Shown: piece by piece, positions 59,860-64,000 of the stretch
How the letters are laid out: each line of letters opens with the position of its first letter
How positions within the stretch are numbered: position 1 is the stretch's first letter
From: the human T2T-CHM13v2.0 reference genome, Homo sapiens
DNA length: 64,000 nucleotides
Strand: one strand, 5' to 3'
NCBI RefSeq assembly: GCF_009914755.1
Contig: NC_060929.1
The notes under the pieces: generated by a model
The model's input: only the letters and a program-made list of their open reading frames with translations
The model's database searches: none
Told to the model about the DNA's origin: nothing
Translations under genes and position numbers: made by a program

Positions 59860-61190
59860 AATTGCAGTTGATAAGAATTTAATACCAAAAATTTTAAATC
59901 ATCATTAATGGTGATTAAATGAAAATTTACAGATATATGTGCTATATAAGGAAAAATATACATGACCATCTCAAAATATTTTTAAAAATCAATAAAATTT
60001 ATCATATGTTTACAAGGAAACTAACAAGTAGTCTCTTCAAACTATAATTAAAATAAATATTTTTCATCTGATAAGAAGATATCTGCAAAACACCTACAAC
60101 TTATCCCATTTTTAATGAAGAACTATTGGAATTTTCCCCCATAAGATTGAAAAATAAATACCATAATATTTACCATAAATATCTCTTTTGAATATACTTC
60201 TAGAGACCGCAGACCTTCTAAAAAAGCAGGAAAAGAAGGTATACATATTATAAAGGGGGGTGTAAAGTTTTTATTATTTGTAGAAGATACGACTGCGTGT
60301 TGCAGAAAATCCAAAAAAGTCTGTAATCTATTTTAATTGAGAGGTAATGTTAGCAAGGTTGCTGGGTATTATTATAGAAAGGCATACTGTCTTTCTATAA
60401 TAAAAAATGTAAGCCGGCTGGCTGCAGTGGCTCACACCTGTAATCCCAGCACTTTGGGAGGCCAAGGCAGGTGGATCATGAGATCAGGAGTTCAAGACCA
60501 GCCTGGCCAACATGGTGAAACCCTGTCTCTACTAAAAATACAACAAAATTAGCTAGGCGTGATGGCGGGCGCCTGTAATCCCAGCTACTTGGGAGGCTGA
60601 GGAAGAGAATCGCTTGAACCTGGGAGGCAGAGGTTGCAGTAAGCCGAGACCATGCCACTTCACTCCAGCCTGGGTGACAGCATGAGACTCCATCTCAAAA
60701 AAATAAAAAGTAAAAAAAAAGTAAGCAAAACATTGTAAAAACTGTATAGGTTACAAGAGTTCGTAAATGTATATTAATTGTATATTAATTTTGTGGAATT
60801 TTGTGCAATATATTAACACTAAAAGCTAGGCAATATAGGTAAGAGCAATAAAAGAAAGTCTAATCAGTGGAAACATATGTCAGAGGATTGGATATTTTTA
60901 ACATATTGATTCACTGCAAATTAAAGTAGGTATATGAATTAAATCCAATACCAATAAAACTGTGTGTGCATGTGAACACTGACAAACAGTTTCTGAGGTT
61001 TCTATAGAAATGCAAATGGCTAAGACTAGGCATACATTAAGAAACCTTGAAGGAGAACAAAGATGGAAGACTTACAGTACAGTAATCAAGTGTGTAATAC
61101 AAGTATTCTAATTTCAAAATAGATAGTACAGAAAGAGCACCACACCTTGATGGTCATCTGAATTTTGGCAAAGAAGACAACGTATAATGA
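59860..61190 (+). mobile_element. Ancient L1ME ORF2 fragment interrupted by AluSg
   Basis: ATACATGACCATCTCAA, TTAGCAAGGTTGC and GAAGGAGAACAAAGATGGAAGACTTACA. Confidence 0.7.
60416..60712 (+). mobile_element. AluSg-like
   Basis: GGATCATGAGATCAGGAGTTCAAGACCAGCCTGGCCAAC (2-nt deletion type). Approximate TSD AAAAAATGTAAGC/AAAAAAAGTAAGC. Confidence 0.95.
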
Positions 61191-61587
61191 GTAAATCACT
61201 TAGATAAAAATTAATGTAAAAATGTAACTTTCAAATAAAAGAAGAGCATGTTTCATTTTTACATTAACTTTTATCTAAGTGTTGAGCTTCTGGCTTCCAG
61301 TCTGGCATGAGAAGAGCTTAGAAGTCTTCACTCTATCTTATCAAGAGGTAAAAATGTGAACAAACTAAAAGAATTATCAACTCTTCTTAGTTCATCAGGG
61401 AAGTGAGGTCATAAAGAAAATGCTGCTCTAAAAATTGGAGAAACAGAGAGAATCACAACTTTTCAGAGCAGAACCCCACAAGCAGAACCTCCATGGGAAC
61501 CAATACCAGGATAGAACCCCTGAACTGTGATTGATGAATTGCTAGAGAATCGATGTGGACAAACCTGAGAGAGAAAAACTGCAAGTG

Positions 61588-61722
61588 TCTGGTGTAGGAT
61601 TTTGATAGTGGGGAGGCTCTGTACATGTGGGAAGAGGTGGTATATGGGAAATCTCTGTATCTTTGCTCAATTTTGTTGTGGCCCTAAAAGTACTCTAGAA
61701 AATGAAGTCTATTAAAAAATTA
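61588..61722 (+). mobile_element. Nested L1MC/MD 3'-end fragment
   Basis: GATAGTGGGGAGGCT...GTATATGGGAAATCTCTGTA...CTCAATTTTG. Confidence 0.75.
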
Positions 61723-62803
61723 CAAAACAAAACTCTAGCAGGACCAATCACAGGGGGCTCCCACAATTTTGTGAATTTTACTTTCAGGAATTCTCCAAGA
61801 TGTTCACAGTAAATGTTGGAGTAAAAGCCTCTCTTATTTATGGCAGAAGAAGAGAAAAAGGAACCATTTTAAAATACACTCTTCTTCTTAACAAGGTCTG
61901 CCCTCAGGAGAAACTATTTTACAACAGCTTAACCTACCTGGACGGAGGAAAATATCCAACTGTAGCCAGCTCTAGCCTTCCATGTAGGGGAAGGAAAATA
62001 CAAAATTTTCACCCTTCTCCAGCCATTCTGTCCCAACTAGGGTAGGGAACTGAGAACCACTGGTAAAGTTCACAGTCCAGAGACATTAGGTTCACTAAAA
62101 TCCTGAGACCTAATAATATGACTACAGAATGATTCCTCTGCCTCAACACCTTACAATTACATCACTAATGGCCTATTTACCAGTTTGTTTTAATCAGTAT
62201 ATAGTGCCCACCTTTCAAGAAAAGAATACTAAAAGGAAAAAGTAAAGTTCAAAGATGCTAAACAAGCATCAGAACTAGCAGCAGAAATGGCAGAAATGTT
62301 GGAATTATTAGACCAGGAATATATAAAATTAAGATTATTAGGCTAAAGGCCCTAGTGGAAAAAGTAGACACCATGCAAAAACAGACGGGTAATGGAAGCA
62401 GAGAGATGAACATTCTAGGAATGAGTCAAAAATAAACACTACAGATCAAAAAGAAAGTAACAGAAATGAAGAATGCCTGTAATGAGCTTATTAGTAGACT
62501 GGACAAAGCTGAGGAAAGAAGCTCTATCCCTGAGGATGTGACAGTGTAAACCCAAAACTGAAAAGCAAAGGGAAAAAGAGACTGGGGGAAAAAAACAGAG
62601 CAGAATAATCAAGAATTGTGGAACAACTGCAAAATGTGTAACCTATGTGTAATGAGAATACCAGAAAAAAAAAAAGAAAGAGAAAAAACAGAAGCAATAC
62701 CTGAAGAAATAATGATTGAAAATTTCCTCCAGATTAATGTCAGACACAAAACCACATATCCATAAAGTTCAGAGACCACTAAGAAGAATAAATGTCAAAA
62801 AAT

Positions 62804-62930
62804 TATACCTAATGCTAGATGACGAGTTAGTGGGTACAGCACACCAGCATGGCACATGTATACATATGTAACTAACCTGCACAATGTGCACATGTACCCT
62901 AAAACTTAAAGTATAATAATAAAAAAAATT
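62804..62930 (+). mobile_element. Extremely 5'-truncated L1PA2-like insertion
   Basis: TATACCTAATGCTAGATGACGAGTTAGTGGG...CTTAAAGTATAATAA plus an A-tail. Confidence 0.92.
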
Positions 62931-64000
62931 TAAAAAAAAAACAAACTAAACTTGGAATATCATGTTTAAAGTTCAGAAAATCAAATATAAAAAAATTAAA
63001 AGAAATCAGATTAAAAATGTTACTTATAAAGGATTAAAAATAAAAATTGCATCCCACATCTTCTCAGAAACCATGCAAGAAAGAAGGGTGAAATATTTAG
63101 ATTGCTGAGACAAAAACACCACCAACCTATAATCGTGTACACTGTGAAATTATCCTTCGAAGTGAAGAAGAAAAATATACCTTCTCAGACAAATGAAAAT
63201 AGAATCTGTCTTTAAGAAGTGTTGAATGTTCTTCAGAGATAAAGAAAATTATATGGGTCAGAAACCTAAATCTACATAAAGAAAGAGCACCAGAGAATGA
63301 ATAAATGAACATAAAATAAAGAGCTTTGCTTTTCTTATTCTTAAATAATCTAACGTAAGTTTGTTAAAAATAACAATAGCAACAACGTATTCAGTGATTT
63401 ATGCTTATATATATGTGTGTGTGTTTATATTTAAGTGAGATTAATGACAACTATGACACAAAGAACAAGAGGAAGGCCTTTGTAATACTTTGTTACAATA
63501 AAGTACACACTCTGCCCATGAAGTGATATACTGGCATTTAAAACTGGACATGGATTAGTTTTGTATGTATTGTAAGCTCTAGAGCAACCACTAAAAAACA
63601 AAAAAAAAAGAAGCATAATGGCTATGCTAGAAAAGGAGAGGAAATTGAGTTTTACAAAATGCTCAGTTAAAACAATAGAAGGCAAAAATTATAGAGGATA
63701 AAAATAAAAACAAAAAATAAGTACAACAAATAAAAGCAGTCACAAAGAACATGGCTATCAACACAAGTATATCAATAATCACTTAAACATAAATAATCCA
63801 AACACACCAATTAATAGATAGAGATTTTCAGAGTGGATCAAAAAACAAGACTCAACTATATGTGGTCTACAAGAAACCCACTTTTAATATAAGGGCACAG
63901 AAAAGATTAAAAGCAAATCAATAGAGAAAAATATACAATGCTAACACTTAATCAAAATAAAGTGAGTGTAGCTGAATTAATTTCAGTTGGAATAGATTTC

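Larger units (their letters stand above)
61284..64000 (+). mobile_element. L1MC/MD-type 5' region (5'UTR, ORF1, start of ORF2), running off the window
   Basis: ORF1-like CTTCTCAGAAACCATGCAAG...GAAATTATCCTTC and EN start ...CTACAAGAAACCCACTTT. Confidence 0.8.

Overview
This is AT-rich primate (most likely human or great ape) non-coding genomic DNA dominated by interspersed repeats. I see no recognisable host protein-coding exon, RNA gene, CpG island or CRISPR array, and every long ORF comes from an L1 or MaLR element. The centre holds two near-full-length primate L1s. The first is an L1PA2-like element (22636-28721) whose entire 5' 1.7 kb is inverted by twin priming. The second is an older L1PA4-like element on the minus strand (33771-39077). 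They share an almost identical ~410-bp tract in the ORF2 endonuclease region that carries private mutations, which points to non-allelic gene conversion. Other content: a complete THE1A provirus, a fused inverted THE1 pair, MST/MLT1 LTRs, Alus, MIR/L2, old L1M fragments, MER2/MER44/MER20 DNA transposon relics and microsatellites. Unique DNA at about 10.5-15 kb has transcription-factor motif clusters, notably MEIS/HOX. Subfamily calls come from my recall of consensus diagnostics, not from a database search. I found no evidence of a new gene system; the notable signals are retrotransposition, conversion and repair footprints plus candidate enhancers.
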